This document shows, in pieces, positions 1 through 628 of a stretch of 628 nt of DNA. A program made the position numbers and the translations under genes. Under the pieces are notes generated by a model that was not told where the DNA came from, did not search any database, and saw only the letters and a list, made by a program, of their open reading frames with translations. This DNA comes from a phage: the sequence record DQ006817.1. One strand, given 5' to 3'. How positions within the stretch are numbered: position 1 is the first letter of the stretch; each line of letters starts with the position of its first letter.

Positions 1-24
1 ATTTAACTGAGTATGAGAGGACAT
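1..24 (+). other. Partial 5' untranslated leader of a Qbeta-like ssRNA phage genome (5' end truncated by the window)
   Basis: The 24 nt upstream of the A2 start carry an in-frame TAA at 4-6 and a purine-rich Shine-Dalgarno element. From memory, the Qbeta leader is about 60 nt and begins with a G-run that is absent here, so the window likely starts inside the leader. Confidence 0.6.
15..21 (+). promoter_or_regulatory. Shine-Dalgarno / ribosome-binding site for the maturation protein gene
   Basis: Purine run GAGAGGA at 15-21 (core GAGG at 17-20) lies 3-4 nt upstream of the ATG at 25-27. The spacing is on the short side but acceptable, and the same AGAGGACAT-ATG context is what I recall for the Qbeta A2 start. 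Confidence 0.6.
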
Positions 25-628
25 ATGCCTAAATTACCACGTGGTCTGCGTTTCGGAGCCGATAATGAAATTCTTAATGATTTTCAGGAGCTCTGGTTTC
101 CAGATCTCTTTATCGAATCTTCCGACACGCACCCGTGGTACACACTGAAAGGTCGTGTCTTGAACGCCCATCTAGATGACCGTCTGCCTAATGTAGGCGG
201 TCGTCAGGTAAGGCGTACTCCACACCGTGCTACCGTCCCGATTGCCTCTTCAGGCCTTCGTCCGGTAACAACCGTTCAGTATGATCCTACAGCACTGTCG
301 TTCTTATTGAACGCCCGTGTTGATTGGGATTTCGGTAATGGTGATAGTGCGGACCTTGTCATTAATGACTTTTTGTTCCGCACCTTCGCACCTAAGGAGT
401 TCGATTTCTCGAATTCCTTAGCTCCTCGTTATACCCAGGCCTTCTCCGCTTTTAATGCCAAGTATGGCACTATGATCGGCGAAGGGCTCGAGACTATAAA
501 ATATCTCGGGCTTCTACTGCGCAGACTGCGTGAGGGTTTCCGTGCTGTGAAGCACGGCGATTTACGCGCTCTTCGTAGGGTTATCCAGTCTTACCATAAA
601 GGTAAGTGGAAACCGGCTACTGCTGGTA
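25..628 (+). CDS. A2: Maturation protein A2 of a Qbeta-like ssRNA phage (pilus-binding, RNA-binding; in Qbeta also the lysis protein that inhibits MurA); N-terminal 201 codons, 3'-partial
   Basis: ATG at 25-27 is preceded by the SD. The frame is open for 201 complete codons (25-627) plus one base, with no stop. Manual translation gives MPKLPRGLRFGADNEILNDFQELWFPDLFIESSDTHPWYTLKGRVLNAHLDDRLPNVGGRQVRRTPHRATVPIASSGLRPVTTVQYDPTALSFLLNARVDWDFGNGDSADLVINDFLFRTFAPKEFDFSNSLAPRYTQAFSAFNAKYGTMIGEGLETIKYLGLLLRRLREGFRAVKHGDLRALRRVIQSYHKGKWKPATAG, which I recognise as near-identical to the Qbeta A2 N-terminus. Recognition is from memory, not a search. Confidence 0.92.
   Translation, partial: MPKLPRGLRFGADNEILNDFQELWFPDLFIESSDTHPWYTLKGRVLNAHLDDRLPNVGGRQVRRTPHRATVPIASSGLRPVTTVQYDPTALSFLLNARVDWDFGNGDSADLVINDFLFRTFAPKEFDFSNSLAPRYTQAFSAFNAKYGTMIGEGLETIKYLGLLLRRLREGFRAVKHGDLRALRRVIQSYHKGKWKPATAG

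Noticed and set aside
65-148. Short ORF in the +2 frame (ATG at 65 to TGA at 146-148, 27 codons) as a possible overlapping lysis-type gene
   Set aside because: It is too short, has no convincing SD upstream, and Qbeta-like phages use A2 itself for lysis rather than an overlapping small lysis gene as in MS2-like phages. It is most likely a chance ORF.
160-316. 10-nt direct repeat TTGAACGCCC at 160-169 and 307-316
   Set aside because: Both copies lie in the A2 reading frame and encode Leu-Asn-Ala (VLNAH and LLNAR). A single 10-mer recurrence inside a coding region is most simply a small peptide-level repeat or coincidence, with no flanking structure suggesting a mobile element or regulatory repeat.
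516-530. 8-bp palindrome CTGCGCAG (517-524) and tandem ACTGCG hexamers (516-521 and 525-530)
   Set aside because: The self-complementary segments would leave a loop of 0-1 nt, so no stable hairpin can form. The pattern is explained by consecutive Leu/Arg codons (CTG CGC AGA CTG CGT) in the basic region of A2.
1-628. Minus-strand coding potential
   Set aside because: Once the window is recognised as a positive-sense ssRNA phage genome, the complementary strand is a replication intermediate that is not translated. I did not scan the minus strand for ORFs.
1-628. CRISPR arrays, tRNA/rRNA genes, transposon ends, integrase att sites or toxin-antitoxin / defence-system signatures
   Set aside because: No spaced direct repeats, no cloverleaf-compatible segments and no inverted terminal repeats were seen. 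The entire window is accounted for by the phage leader plus a single continuous A2 reading frame.

Overview
This window reads as the 5'-proximal part of a Qbeta-like single-stranded RNA coliphage genome (Qubevirus/Allolevivirus group of the Leviviridae/Fiersviridae), written as DNA. It holds 24 nt of the 5' untranslated leader with a Shine-Dalgarno element, followed by the first 201 codons of the maturation protein A2, which runs off the 3' end of the window with no in-frame stop. The translated N-terminus (MPKLPRGLRFGADNEILNDFQELWFPDLFIESSDTHPWYTLKGRVLNAH...) matches Qbeta A2 as I recall it, with scattered differences. I see no evidence of a novel or undescribed system; this is a variant of a well-characterised phage gene. 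All identity statements are from memory and manual translation, not from a database search.
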